From Octopus bimaculoides (Eukaryota): a DNA stretch of 64,000 nucleotides. Positions 40,089 to 53,182 of the stretch are shown here, in pieces. Within the stretch, counting starts at the first letter, position 1. The number at the start of each line of letters is the position of its first letter. The translations under genes and the position numbers were made by a program. The notes beneath the pieces are model-generated. The model did not search any database, was not told the DNA's origin, and saw only the letters and a list, made by a program, of their open reading frames with translations. The stretch is taken from assembly GCF_001194135.2 (NCBI RefSeq), contig NC_068999.1:47881887-47945886 (forward strand), given 5' to 3'.

Positions 40089-41002
40089 ATATTCACATTA
40101 TGATAATTAATAAATAATTTGAATGTATAATTTCAGATTTAAATAAATTTTAACGATTATAAGGGTGTCTATTTACTTCTGTCATATCTGTGTGTATATA
40201 CAACAGAATCTATTAGAGCAGAGCTATAGGCAATAAGAGTTACCATTTAACCAGTCATCAGAAATTATGTAAAGATTAGCTGCTCTTACACAAATGTCAT
40301 TGCTAATAATTGATTAACATAATCACTAAAAAAGATGCACCAATTACAATGCTTTTGAGACATGGATAATGAAACTGGGCTGAAAGCAAATTTAAATGGA
40401 ATGTGTGCTTGTTACTGAATGAGGCTGTATTTCTAGGACTTTCATATGAGCAAAGAGCCCAACTGAAGAATAACATTTGGGATGAGGACAAATTTGCAAA
40501 TGGCTGAAAGGCAATGTATATTAGCCACATAAATATCACATGCAATAGCAAGGATAACAACAAAATAAAATAGAACCTTTTTAATATTATACTAAAAAAA
40601 AAAAAACTGAAATACATCAAAGAGAAGAATCAAGTACAAAGGAGATTAAAAAAAACCCCCATCTGAGACAGTGGGAACTTTATGTAACTATAAAAGGAAG
40701 AGAGAAACTTTGAAGGTATTTTGCAGTAAAAGACTGAGAAATAAAATGTTTTCAAAATGAGCAAGCATTGTATTGGAACAGATGGAAACAGTAGAGTTGT
40801 GCTAAGTAGATATAATTACATCTTAATGTAGAGAGCCTTAAATAACTTTTAATCAATCAAAATTATAGCCTTAATGAGAGAAAGTCATTTAATAGAACCA
40901 TAGTAGTTGTTTGTATTAATGAAATGTGATATTTGAGGGTTATAAGATTCCTTTTCAAAAGTGGAAAGAAACGAAAATAGCAACAATGAAAGTATTATTT
41001 AC

Positions 41003-41224
41003 CTGGAGCACCATGACACCAATGGACTAATTCTTCTGAAAGAGGACGTTTTTGTATCATATTTACTTCATCCATAGCTGGTGCATAGTTCAAATTAGGT
41101 TGCTCGACTGAGAGTAAAAAGTCAACGGATTGTTTAATATCAGCTTCAGCAGATGGATAAGTTTCAAACAGGTTAGCAGTGCAAAGTAAGGCCAACAAGA
41201 TTGATGATAGGCCATGTGCAGCAC
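41003..41224 (-). CDS. LANCL3: LANCL3 exon 3 (GAAHGLSSIL...QSVDFLL...ELVHWCHGAPG)
   Basis: CTGTAG acceptor, GTAAAT donor; 222 nt; GAAHG and WCHG motifs. Confidence 0.96.
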
Positions 41225-41618
41225 CTACAGGAGAAAATTTGATCTTTATTTTTCAGTATATACTTGTGAGAAAAAACAAAATACTTTAACATGCAAATGA
41301 CAGAAATACGTGTAAACAGAAATGAAATGAAATTTTTCATTTTTATGCCTCCTTAAAATGGGGAGAAAAATATGTGTAGTGTTACAATAAATAATAATGA
41401 AAATGTTGCAAAGTGGGACGACAAAAGAACATATGGAATAACAAGAAAAAACATGCACGATGGATGCAGGTATGCTTGACCAGTCATCAGTTATCAAACT
41501 GAAATTGTGGTGGTATTTGGTCAAAAACTGATGAGGGATAAAGCACGTCTGTGTGATTTTTGTTACTCTCTATATTTCCTTTGGCATCGCCCTGTACAAC
41601 ATTTACAAAATAAAGTTA

Positions 41619-41783
<165 letters not shown>

Positions 41784-42949
41784 TTACGTAATTATTAATT
41801 AGCTGCCCTCAGTTTCACAACTTACTTTGCTTTAGACACCAACCTTTTCTCCACTTTATTTATTCACCAATTACTCTTTCAAACTTATACATCTAACCAG
41901 AATCCAACCTGGGTTCTGAGCAGATCTGTGAGAAAAATTATTTAAATAATTACAATTCTGTCTTTAGAAGGCAGTATACATCCAGGACTATCTTGTCCGA
42001 TATGTTATTTCCCTTAAGACAATAGCATGTCATTTGAGGTTTAAGGTTAGCTTAAATTTTAGCATAACGAGGCTTTCTTGTTGGCAAATAGCTTAGCTGA
42101 AGTTGAGAGGGTACAAGCAATTAATCAAAAGAAGCTCGCAGTTTGTGTCTTTTAGTGTTCTGTATATGTCCATTACACTTCTGTAGAGGGTTTGCAAACC
42201 AGTCTCTCTCTCTCTCTGTAGAACCTACAACACGTTAGACATCAAGAGAGTCAGTAGGCAGACAGCTATCAAGGTGGGTATGGCAGTAGAAGAGGTTATT
42301 TCAAGCTGGCTGAGGTTCAGGTGTGAGCTTTAGAAATGGTACATATAACTGAGACTGGACCCCAAATCGTCTGTACACCACCTCCTCAATGGTTTCACAC
42401 CTTGTTTGGCTCACATTGCTTCAGTAAAATTCCACCAGCTCAGCATCTTTCATTTTCTTCTTCTCATTTGCCTCCTCAACATGGACTTCTCAATGAAAGG
42501 AGGGTTCTAACAGAACCACCAGTTTCTGAGAATTTCAGCTATTACCACAGGCTGGCTGTCAGCTCTCACTCATGTGCTGTTGTTAGTAGGCCCAAGGGGG
42601 TTAACCTAGTAGCCAGAGTCTTTATCACACCGGTCTTGGCAAAAGTGATAGTCTTCTTTGTTAGTGGATGTACTTGGACTGGCTAATCCAATCACTGATG
42701 GTGTCCTTTAGGCCTTGGTCATTCCTCCAGCAGTAGCTCCCCTCTCTCTCTCTCTGTTTTTTGGACAGCTAACACACACGTACATTTTCTACATCAACCG
42801 TCCTACCCATGCATGCATGGAAGACAGACATTAAATGATGATGATGATGATATATAATTTCACACACACACACAAAACCCAATATATGGTGAACACTTAC
42901 AAGTTTAAGCTTATAATTACTCTATATATATCAGTCATCATTGACATGA

Positions 42950-43120
42950 TTCACAGAAAGTCGTAGCACAATTAATCTGTGACAGAGTAAATCTAGATGA
43001 GACACAGCTTGGCTTTGTGCATAGATGAGATGTCGCAGATACAATCTTCCTAGTGAGACAGCTGCAGGAGAAATATTTGACTAGGGGAAAATCCATATTC
43101 CTGTCACTAGTTTAAGAATG
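42950..43120 (+). mobile_element. RTE-clade LINE reverse transcriptase fragment (LANCL3 intron 1)
   Basis: VNLDETQLGFVHR*DVADTIFLVRQLQEKYL matches the RTE motif QxGFxxGxxxxDxIFxxRQLQEKY; contains an in-frame stop. Confidence 0.7.
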
Positions 43121-43931
43121 ATAATAACAGAATCAACGATACATGCGACTGCAGGCCAAAAAATAGCATTTAAATAGCCGAGGATTAATATTAATCAAAG
43201 GACATACTAAGTATGTCTAACTGCTTGAAATGACAGTCAAAACTCGTTAATAACGAGTTTTGACTGTTATTTCAAGCAGGTACACATACTTAGTATGTCC
43301 TTTGGTTAATTTATATATATATACACACATAGGCATACATACATACATACACACATATATAGATATATATTTGCTCTCTGCCAAACCAAACTTACAATCC
43401 CAACACTTTATCTCTCCTTACTCCATGACACCCATCTCTTCAGCACCCAAAGCATAGCGGTAAGCCCCCAGGTCACCTCTACTGCCATCCAAAACTTTTA
43501 CCTTTATAGCACCACTTGCTTTTCACATCTAGGATGCTCACCCAACCCCAACACCTTCTCTGCCTCCTCATTTTCCCTCTCTGACCTCACTCCTACAATA
43601 ACCCCATACCTCTATTCTATTCACTTTCAGTCGTAGAAACCACTTCAAGCCCTTAGACTTACACATTATAAGGTAATTTTCACTAGTGTTGGTACAAAAA
43701 AGCAAAAAAGAAAAAAAAAGGAGCAATCAGCATGCTTTGTAAAGAGGTTGGCATTAGGAAGAGCATCCGGCAGTAGAAATCCTGCCAAAGTAGATGCTGG
43801 AGGATGACGCAGTCTTCTGACTCATCAGATCCTGTTGAAACGGGTAGCCAATGCCAGCATGGAAGCCAGACGTCAAATGATGATGACACACACACACACA
43901 TATATATACACATAAATATATGCATATATAC

Positions 43932-43988
<57 letters not shown>

Positions 43989-44141
43989 CACACATATATA
44001 TTTACACATAAATATATGCATATAAGTGTATATATATATGCACATACACACGTATATGTATGCATACGTGTATATATATATGCACATATGTACACACACA
44101 TATATACGCATAAATATATGCACATATATGTGCACATACAC

Positions 44142-44181
<40 letters not shown>

Positions 44182-45359
44182 ATTACATGCATGCATATAC
44201 GCTTAGGTACGTAATTTTCCTGTTCACAAATTAAATATGCAAGTGAAGAAGATTATCATAAGCAGCATATATTTCAAAACATCTAAAAAGTCTTTACATT
44301 AATTCCGAGGGAGAAACGATGTGCGCTTGGAGAGAATTTTCCGAAATGAAATCACATAACAGCGCACCAATTCTAAAATTAGCATTTCAAGGAAGTAGCA
44401 ATTCGCATAGCCAAACACTACCTACTACACAATCGAATTCATAACTAACTTGATAAGGGATAGATAGTTCAACTTCAACGAAGGCGGTGCTAACATAGTG
44501 TATGTTAGCGCCGATCATACCGTTTGGCTATCATGCAGAAAGTGTTATGACTCATGCAATTCATCCGTTTTAACTCATGATGTTGACCACTTCGCTACCG
44601 ATGTTGCTGTCAAGTTACATATTACTTCAACTAGAGTAAACCCTGTTTCGAATTCAGCGCAGCACCATTTATTTGACTGTAGCGTTATTTAAGGATTTAT
44701 CAAACTTTTCCCGACGCTAGACTTGAGGATTACCGAGCGTGCTTTTTTTTTTTTTTTTTTCCTTTTGAGGTAAACTAGGTAGAAATTTGAAGTCAGAATA
44801 CGAAGAGCCGGAGAAGATACCGCAAAGCATTTGTCTGATGCAGTAACAATTCCGCCAATTTACTGGCATTCGACTGGTCCTTTATTTATCGATCCCGAAA
44901 AAAGACTGGAATGCAAAGTTTTACCTCAACAAGGTGTGTGAGTGCGCGCGCGCATGTGTAGGTAGTGCGTATAAATAGCACACACTAATATCAAGAAGTG
45001 AAATTTTTACCTATTTAGGTAATTTTTGTCAGAGTTCTTAAAGGCAGTGCTCCAGCATGGTCTCGGCCGTGATGGCTGAAACAAGCTGAAGAACTACTGA
45101 GAACAAAAGATGGCTAAAACTTCACTATTCTCATTAGAACTGCCAGTTTGCTATTAGCTGGAAGCAAACAACAGCTTGTTGGAAACCATTTAAGATATTC
45201 TTATACATAAACAATGCGATGCAGTATTATACATAAAATATTAAAATATAAGCAACCGGTAATAAATAATTGGCATTCGATGGGTTAATTAATCGTGAAT
45301 AAATATCATTTAAAACATTAACAATTTTGGTAAACAATATTTCAAAAAAATTCAGTTAC

Positions 45360-45893
45360 CTCTCTCTGTAAAACATTGTTGATGAAAAAAGAACCGAAAA
45401 GGTAACCTGCTCTGCCCACGAAAAGTTCATCAGAACCGTATGGAAATATCGTGATGGGTTTACAAAGCTCCCCCAAGGAAATGTATTCGTTGACAAATCT
45501 CTCCACCTGAGCCTGGTCACCGTTTAAGCTAGAAATAGCAGTGCCTACCGAGTAAACGCCGGCTTTACCCAGCAGAAAAGATACTGCAGGGTCTCGATCA
45601 TGACTACTCTCGGCAAAGTTCAAAGCTGCTTCGAAATACACTCGGCATTGTTCTGCACAATATTTCTTTAATTCAGCGCCTAACATATCAGATTTTGTCA
45701 AACAGTAAAGCATATAAGCCACTCCGGCATTTCCGACGTATAAACCTCCATCGCAGTTTTCCAAAGATGATGCCGGCATCTTATTTATTATCAATTTAAC
45801 AGTATTTTCGATGGAATCGATCCATTTCTTTTTGTCAATAGTTACCAGCGACCCACTCTCCACATCATTATTTGTATTCGGAAAATATCGCAT
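45360..45893 (-). CDS. LANCL3: LanC-like protein 3, exon 1 (MRYFPN...DGGLYVGNAGVAYM...DELFVGRAGYL...LQRE)
   Basis: LanC repeat motifs GLYVGxAG, SFLLGxAG and DELFVGRAGYL; donor GTAACT. The start was placed at ATG 45893 because the N-terminus RYFPN resembles LanCL starts; the ORF stays open up to 46001. Confidence 0.93.
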
Positions 45894-46139
45894 TCTTTCC
45901 AAATTCTTTACATTCACAAAAGAACAATTATTTCCTAAGCAGTTTCTCTCTTTTTTTCCTTTCCTTATTTTTTGTTTTGTTGTAAGTTCTAAAAACAACA
46001 AAAAGGGAATGTTTTAGAAATTGTTGTTGTTATTCTGAATTATAATAAAATAACTACTCTATTTTTGTAGTTTCTGAAGATTATTTAGTTTGCAGAGATG
46101 CGCAGTATATTAATAATAAGACTCCATTGATGACAAGAA

Positions 46140-46260
46140 ATGTACAACCAAAGCCGGGAAAACGTCTCTAGTAGTCAGTTGACGGCATTTGTCCCCCCTT
46201 GACACACACGTGCTTACGTCACGAGTCTAGTCAGGACGTCGTTTTAGCATTAAGTTGTCT
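46140..46260 (-). promoter_or_regulatory. Probable LANCL3 proximal promoter
   Basis: CpG-rich patch about 250-350 bp upstream of the ATG, with CACGTG (46207-46212) and TTACGTCA (46214-46221). Confidence 0.45.
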
Positions 46261-47432
46261 CCCTTCACAAACTCTTCCATCTTTGGAATCAGAACGCTCG
46301 GCGGAGCTTTTTCCCACATCAACCCCACCAGCATTCTTGTGATTGTGGTCAGTCATAAGACTGGCCGCAATCGTATTCCTTTGTGTCTGTGTTTGTCTCC
46401 GTTCCACTGCTTGACAGTGATATGTTTACGCCTCCTTAACTTAACGGTTCGGCTAAAGAGACCGACAGACTACCAGGCTTTAAAAAAAAAAAAAAAGAAA
46501 AGTACTGGACTTGATTCATTCGATTACAAATTCTTCAAGGCGGTGCCCCAGCATGACTACAGTCAAATGACTGAAACAAGTAAAAAAAAATAAAAGATAA
46601 ATATAGTCGCAGGGGTGAGAGTGTGGTTAAGAAGCTTGCTTCCCGATCATGTGGTCTTGGGTTCAGTCCCACTGGGTGGCACTTTGGGTAAGTGACTTTA
46701 CAGCTCCCTTCTCCATCTCCGAACGCCTTGGGAATGATTTGGCAAACAGAATCTGAAAGAAGCTCATCGTATATGAATATATGTATGTGTGTTTGTGTCT
46801 TGTTCAGCTCCCCTCCTCCACACTACTTCGCAATCGGCGTTGGCTTTTTTTTTGTTACCGTTACTCAGCGGGTTTGGCAAAGGAGAGAGAGAGAATGGGT
46901 ATCAGTCTCTTGAAAATAAGTTATGGACTCGATTTATTCAACTGAACTTTTCAAGATGAAGCCGCAGGATAGCTGCAGTCCAAAAGATAAAAGAATTTTC
47001 TGCAGGCGCAGGCGTGGCTGTGTGGTAAGTAGGTTGCTTACCAACCACATGGTTCCGGGTTCAGTCTTACTGTGTGGCACCTTGGGCAAGTGTCTTCTAC
47101 TATAGCCTCGGGCCGACCAAAGCCTTGTGATGAGTGAATTTGGTAGACGGAAACTGAAAGAAGCCAGGCATACATANNNNNNNNNNNNNNNNNNNNNNNN
47201 NNNNNNNNNNNNNNNNNNNNNNNNNNNNNNNNNNNNNNNNNNNNNNNNNNNNNNNNNNNNNNNNNNNNNNNNNNNNNNNNNNNNNNNNNNNNNNNNNNNN
47301 NNNNNNNNNNNNNNNNNNNNNNNNNNNNNNNNNNNNNNNNNNNNNNNNNNNNNNNNNNNNNNNNNNNNNNNNNNNNNNNNNNNNNNNNNNNNNNNNNNNN
47401 NNNNNNNNNNNNNNNNNNNNNNNNNNNNNNNN

Positions 47433-47477
<45 letters not shown>

Positions 47478-47497
47478 CACCTGTACAGGTAATGTTG

Positions 47498-48430
47498 ATC
47501 TGATAGAGGGAGTAAGCTTATGTCTACACAAACATTTGATCACTATAAACAATTCATCTGTGTGGTTGTTCGGTAAGAAATGGTTGAAAATCCATCATGT
47601 ATATATATATAGCCACTATGATTAAGCACTGTCTAAAATCTCTGTTAAACAGACAGCTATTTTTCTTTTCTTTTTTGTTTTTGTCAATTCTAGTTTGTGT
47701 CATTCGTAATTGAATGAAAACCCATCTTGTGAACAATGGCCATCAGCAGAGTCTATGATTGTTCTTGATGTTTTTGTTTGAGTCAACTTGATCAAACAAA
47801 GCTATGAGCATAGGTATTCCAGTTATAATCAACTCATCTTTTTCATATCTCAAGGACTTCTTTCTTCAATGTGATTCGAGGGATATTTAGTTGTTATTCC
47901 TGTCTGGTCTAGTGACCATGTAGATGTTCCATCATTGGTTGGAGAGAGTGTGATTTTAAATCAAAGTTTATTGTTGGTTAGTGCATGTAATTTCCAGATA
48001 TAGGCTGAGTTAGATTAAAGGAATAAAATATAGAATTTGTTTATCTCACCAAAGTTTTTGACTTTTTCTTGGAAAGTAATCTGTGGATATTACCTGGGGC
48101 TGAACAATAACTAGAAGAACCCTTCAGCTTTGGCATCTCTAATGATGTTTGGAATTGTTTCATTTTCAATCAAACAATAAAATACCTAGTTTTTATGAGT
48201 TAAGAATTTAGAAACTTCAAGATAACATTAAATAATTTGTTATATATTATTTTAAATGATTAAACTTGAAGTAGAAAAAAAGTACCATTATCTTGTTTTA
48301 GGATTTGTTTTTCATGCAGAGTAAGGTTACAAAAGAAATAATATGGACAAACAAACAAATATATGTCAATCTGATAGAGGGAGCGAGCTTATGTCTACAC
48401 AAACATTTGATCACTATAAACAATTCATCT
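47498..48430 (+). repeat. 62-bp direct repeat pair (47498-47559 and 48369-48430)
   Basis: ATCTGATAGAGGGAG(TA/CG)AGCTTATGTCTACACAAACATTTGATCACTATAAACAATTCATCT; 60 of 62 identical. Confidence 0.9.
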
Positions 48431-48924
48431 AGAATGAAAGACAAAGTCAACAGTGGCAGAATTTGAACTTAGAATGTAAAGATGGACAAAATACCGCTTA
48501 GCATTTTTCCTGGTATGGTAATGATTCTGTAAGCTTACCACCTCAACAATGCAATAAATATTGAAATCTTGTTTGTTAAAGTAAAGTGTGGATGTTCAGA
48601 TTCAGTTTGAGGAAAAAATATAAATACACAAAAATAGCATAGAAAGATAGTAAAAAGTTGTGGTGTAATTAGAAATAAAAGATAAAAATCAACCAGTTTG
48701 ATCAATTTGAACAGCATTTTTAATCACATTACGTATTATGTTTAAAGAACATGATATCTTGATTGAAGGAATATAATTTTCATGAAATAATTTTTACAAT
48801 GTATTGATTATGAATATTATATTTAAGAGGAAAAGGTAATTCTTTTGAGACTTTAGTTTCATATATTCATTTATTTATTTATTTATCAATTATTATTATT
48901 ATTATTATTATTATTATTGTAGAG

Positions 48925-49241
48925 TTATGGAAATGAACTCATAGGCTGACACATTAAATTGCACCATTTATTAAAATGTTTCTTAGGCTGGAGATTATAT
49001 TTTGCTTGACATTTCATTTTACCATTTATGTTTGGTTTTTCTGTGATATCCTGAGAACTAGTAACACCTCCTTTCGTCTCTTTCTCAGCTGAGTCTAATT
49101 TCTGCTTTGATGTAGGGTGTTTCTCTTTTGATACACCAGATTCCTTCTTAACAGATATATCTGCACATGCATAAAATTGCTCCTGATCACCACATCCAGT
49201 GCAACATTTATCTAAAATAGGATCACAATTATATGTATTTC
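48925..49241 (-). CDS. AA15 LPMO exon 4 (NTYNCDPILDKCCTGCGDQEQFYACADI + charged linker + short Cys module)
   Basis: TTTCAG acceptor, phase 1; GCGxQExFxxCADI motif; TAA at 48925-48927; AATAAA on - near 48870. Total CDS is 864 nt (287 aa). Confidence 0.9.
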
Positions 49242-49309
49242 CTGAAAAATAAAGAAACAAAACACTTTTATTAAAACTTTCATAATTTTTTTTTAAAAAG
49301 CCCTCAAAA

Positions 49310-49685
49310 ATCATCATCATCATCATCGTTTAACGTCCGCTTTCCATGCTAGCATGGGTTGGACGATTTGACTGAGGACTGGTGAAACCGGATGGCAACA
49401 CCAGGCTCCAGTCTGATTTGGCAGAGTTTCTACAGCTGGATGCCCTTCCTAACGCCAACCACTCAGAGAGTGTAGTGGGTGCTTTTACGTGTCACCCGCA
49501 CGAAAACGGCCACGCTCGAAATGGTGTCTTTTATGTGCCACCCGCACAAGCCAGTCCAGGGGCACTGGCAACGATCTCGCTCGAAAATCCTACAGGAGCC
49601 AGTCAGGCGGTACTGGCAACGGCCACGCTCAAAATGGTGCATCTCATGTGCCACCCGCACAAGAACCAGTCCAGGGGCACTGAAT
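49310..49685 (-). mobile_element. SINE family A, well-preserved copy just upstream of LPMO exon 4
   Basis: Reverse complement of the 3655-4112 element, including internal units and the (GAT)n tail. Confidence 0.88.
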
Positions 49686-50082
49686 GAAGGAAAATAATTG
49701 AGACACCCTTTTTACATTACTATTTTCAATTTACAAAAGTCAGAATTCTGCTGAGGTCAAACTTGCTTTTTATCCTTTCAGCAGGCAGTAAAATAAGTAC
49801 CAGTTGAACACTAGGGTCTATTCTATCACCTAGCTCCCTCTCACCAAAATTTCAGGTCTTGCACCCATACCAGAGAGGCTAGTGATATTTATTTCTAACA
49901 TAAACATAGAACCTCAAATAGGAAACAGTTTCATCAACTCAAACACCTGATTGATATCTAAAAAAAATTTTATCAGGCAAAGTTGATCTAGACAGGATTT
50001 GAACACAGAACATAAATGGTTGTAACTAAATGCAAATAATCAATTTGTCTGGCTCCCAAGTGATTCTTCTGCTATTTTCCTC

Positions 50083-50495
50083 ACAGGAGTGGCTGTGTGG
50101 TAAGTAGCTTGCTTACCAACCACATGGTTCTGGGTTCAGTACCACTGCGTGGCACCATGGGCAAGTGTCTTCTACTATAGCCTCGGGCCGACCAAAGCCT
50201 TGTGAGTGGATTTGGTAGACGGAAACTGAAAGAAGCCCATCGTATATATGTATATATATATATGTGTATGTGTGTGTATATGTTTGTGTATCTGTGTTTG
50301 TCCCTCCAACATCGCTTGACAACCGATGCTATTGTGTTTACGTCCCCGTAACTTAGGGGTTCAGCAAAGGAGTCCGTAAGAATAAGTACTAGGCTTACAA
50401 AGAATAAGTCCTAGGGTCGATTTGCTCGACTAAAGGCGGTGCTCCAGCATGGCCACAGTCAAATGACTGAAACAAGCAAAAGAGTAAAAGAGTAT
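50083..50495 (+). mobile_element. SINE family B, full-length tRNA-derived (CORE-like) copy with internal (TA/TG)n
   Basis: A-box TGGCTGTGTGG, B-box GGTTCAGT, core GGCAAGTGTCTTCTACTATAGCC and tail GGCGGTGCTCCAGCATGGCCACAGTCAAATGACTGAAACAAG. Other copies at about 18655-18830(-), 20568-20735(+), 38255-38420(+), 46605-46920(+), 47003-47170(+), 51290-51455(-) and 61645-61805(-). Confidence 0.88.
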
Positions 50496-51124
50496 TGTAT
50501 TTAGAAATGTTAATATCATTCCTTGCATGACGTGCGATCATTACTATCAGTAGTCGTCTCCCTTTGTATGCTATGCCAAGTGGCAGATTTCTTCACTGTA
50601 GTTTCTTAACTCATTACCGTTACTCTCCCAATTACATACATCTCTGTTGAATTATGTATATATGTATTTACCTCCTGCCCTTCTTTCATAGCTTATATTG
50701 TCAATGAAATAAATAAGATTAGGTGCAAACGTGATTGATCTAAATTAAATTGATCTAAATTAAAATTTTCAGTCAAATTTTTATGCTAATTTAAGTATCA
50801 AGCAGCAGCTTTTAAGTTGGTGACAAAATTGTTTTACTAAATTCTTAATTATTTTAAAACTAGCTGACCATGCACATAAAAGACACCATTTCGAGCGTGG
50901 CCGTTTTCGTGCAGGTGGCACGTAAAAGCACCCACTACACTCTCTGAGTGGTTGGCGTTAGGAAGGGCATCCAGCTGTAGAAACTCTGCCAAATTAGACT
51001 GGAGCCTGGTGTTGCCATCCGGTTTCACCAGTCCTCAGTCAAATCGTCCAACCCATGCTAGCATGGAAAGCGGACGTTAAACGATGATGATGATGATGAT
51101 GATGATGATATATATATGTATATG

Positions 51125-51179
<55 letters not shown>

Positions 51180-51187
51180 AGGTATTC

Positions 51188-51237
<50 letters not shown>

Positions 51238-51503
51238 ACATATATAATCGTTTATTCCCTTGACATCACTTTTCTTATATATATATGTGTATAGAATAGA
51301 CTTCTTTCAGTTTCTGTCTACTAAATGCACTCACAAGGTTTTGGTTGGTCAGGGACTACATGTGGTGACACTTACCCAAGATGCCATGCAGTGGAACTGA
51401 ACCTAGAACCATGAGGTTGGGAAGCAAGGTTTTTAGCACACAGCCATGCCTGCACCTATATGAACATTAAAGGCATGAAGACAAGAAATATAGTTGTACA
51501 TAC

Positions 51504-51643
51504 CAGCAGTATATTTCCATTGAAGAACACATTGCGAACAATCTAGATGAGAGGGTAGTCTCAAAGATAGGCTAAAATTTGTATTACTGCGGAAGTCTTT
51601 GAGGAAATGCCTGCTTGTGCCATCAAGAAAATTCAGTGGATAT
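51504..51643 (-). CDS. AA15 LPMO exon 3 (YPLNFLDG...LRLPSHLDCSQCVLQWKYTAG)
   Basis: AAATAG acceptor, GTATGT donor; phase 2 to 1; LPxxLxCxQCVLQWxYxAG motif. Confidence 0.94.
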
Positions 51644-52946
51644 CTATTTAAAGAAATAGAACAAGTTAAAATCTTAAAATCTGGCAACCAAATTCTACTA
51701 ATATATGAACAAGAATTTCAAGTGACAACCAAATAGTTTCTCCACGCTCATCTAATTTATGCAAGTTGTCTAAATTTATTTTAAAAGAATATACAAATTA
51801 TCACTTAATTAATTAATTTCCTAATGGTTTGATTTATGTATTGAAAAATGTAAATGATAATGTAAACAATTCTGCATAAATTAGGAAACAGCAGTGAATG
51901 AAATTTTGTAAATGAATTTTTGAGCCCCCATTGTATGTTGGTTTCACATTTTGGCTCATGGCCAGTAATTTCCAAGGAGGGGTAAGTTGATTACATCGAC
52001 CCCTGTGATCAAATGGTACTCATTCTACTACTCCCAAAAGGATGAAAGGCAAAGTCAATCTCAGTGGAATTTGAACTCAGAATGTAATGGACAAAATGCT
52101 GCCAAGCATTTCGTCTGGCATGCTAACAATTCTGCCAGCTTGCTACCTTTATGTATACTGACTATACGAAATAGTCTAATATTAGAGTATATAAGCCCAT
52201 GTATTTGAAAAATATGGACGTTAGCATGCTAATACCCATTCTTTTGCATTGCAAGGGGTTATAAACCCTAATATTAGACTATTTTCTGTAATCAATAATG
52301 GTGAAGACTCATAATTCATCATCATTTAGTATCCATTTCCTATGCTGGCATGCGTTAGACAATTTGACTGGAACTGGTAAACCAGAGAGTTGTACCAGGC
52401 TCCAGTCTGTTTTGGCTTGGTTTCTATGGCTGGATGCCCTTCCTAATTGATTTTTTTCAAAGTTTTTGCGAAATTTTCTTGGGAATCAGGGGCCTCAAGG
52501 CAGTGCCAAAATATTTGTCTGAAATTTTGCAACATGACAGCCCCTTTGACACCAAAATTATAAAAATCGGACGTTCCTGTAAAAACTTTTCTCTTTTGCA
52601 AAAAGTGGGGAGGTCCCCATCAGTGGTGCCTAGAGAAACCCCCTTCAAGGAGAAAAATTTCAAAATCAGATGAAAAATGTGGAAACGCATAAAAAGCATA
52701 CACACACACACACACACACACACATTTTGTGTTTTATAGATATAGAAAATATTGATAATGAAATTATTGTCTACAGTGCTCAGGTGCACTACAACTCATC
52801 AGAAAAAATAATCAAAAGTTCATGATCAGTATACAGAAAATGCACAGGAAGTGAACAGTGAATGTGTCATTAAAAAAAATAATAAGACACCAATTAATTT
52901 ATCTGAAAATTCAATAAAAGGCAAATATTAAGAAATGTTCTCATAC

Positions 52947-53182
52947 TTATCTAAACATTCTTGTGTTATTCTCTCCTTAATATTGTTATTAGGACAAAGA
53001 TGGAATTCAAAGTAGCCTTTGTGATTGGCAGTTATTTGAATTAAAACATTTATTATTCCTCCTGATTTATAACTTCGAGTAATGATCCCTTTGGCAAAAA
53101 TTCCTCCAGCTTCACTATCATGAGGTCCATAGTAAGGGTCACCACACATTCCACACTTTCCTTTATTTTTACCAAATTGCAG
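52947..53182 (-). CDS. AA15 LPMO exon 2 (LQFGKNKGKCGMCGDPY...ITANHKGYFEFHLCPNNN...TQECLDK)
   Basis: TTTTAG acceptor, GTATGA donor; GKCGxCGD, TANHxGYFEF (second brace His) and TQECLD motifs. Confidence 0.95.

Noticed and set aside
42240-42740. 116-aa + ORF (42336-42686) in LANCL3 intron 1
   Set aside because: No recognisable domain or splice sites; more likely a decayed LINE remnant that I could not classify.
45894-46001. 36-aa N-terminal extension of LANCL3 implied by the ORF track
   Set aside because: TTG start and A-rich UTR-like sequence; ATG 45893 fits the family N-terminus better.
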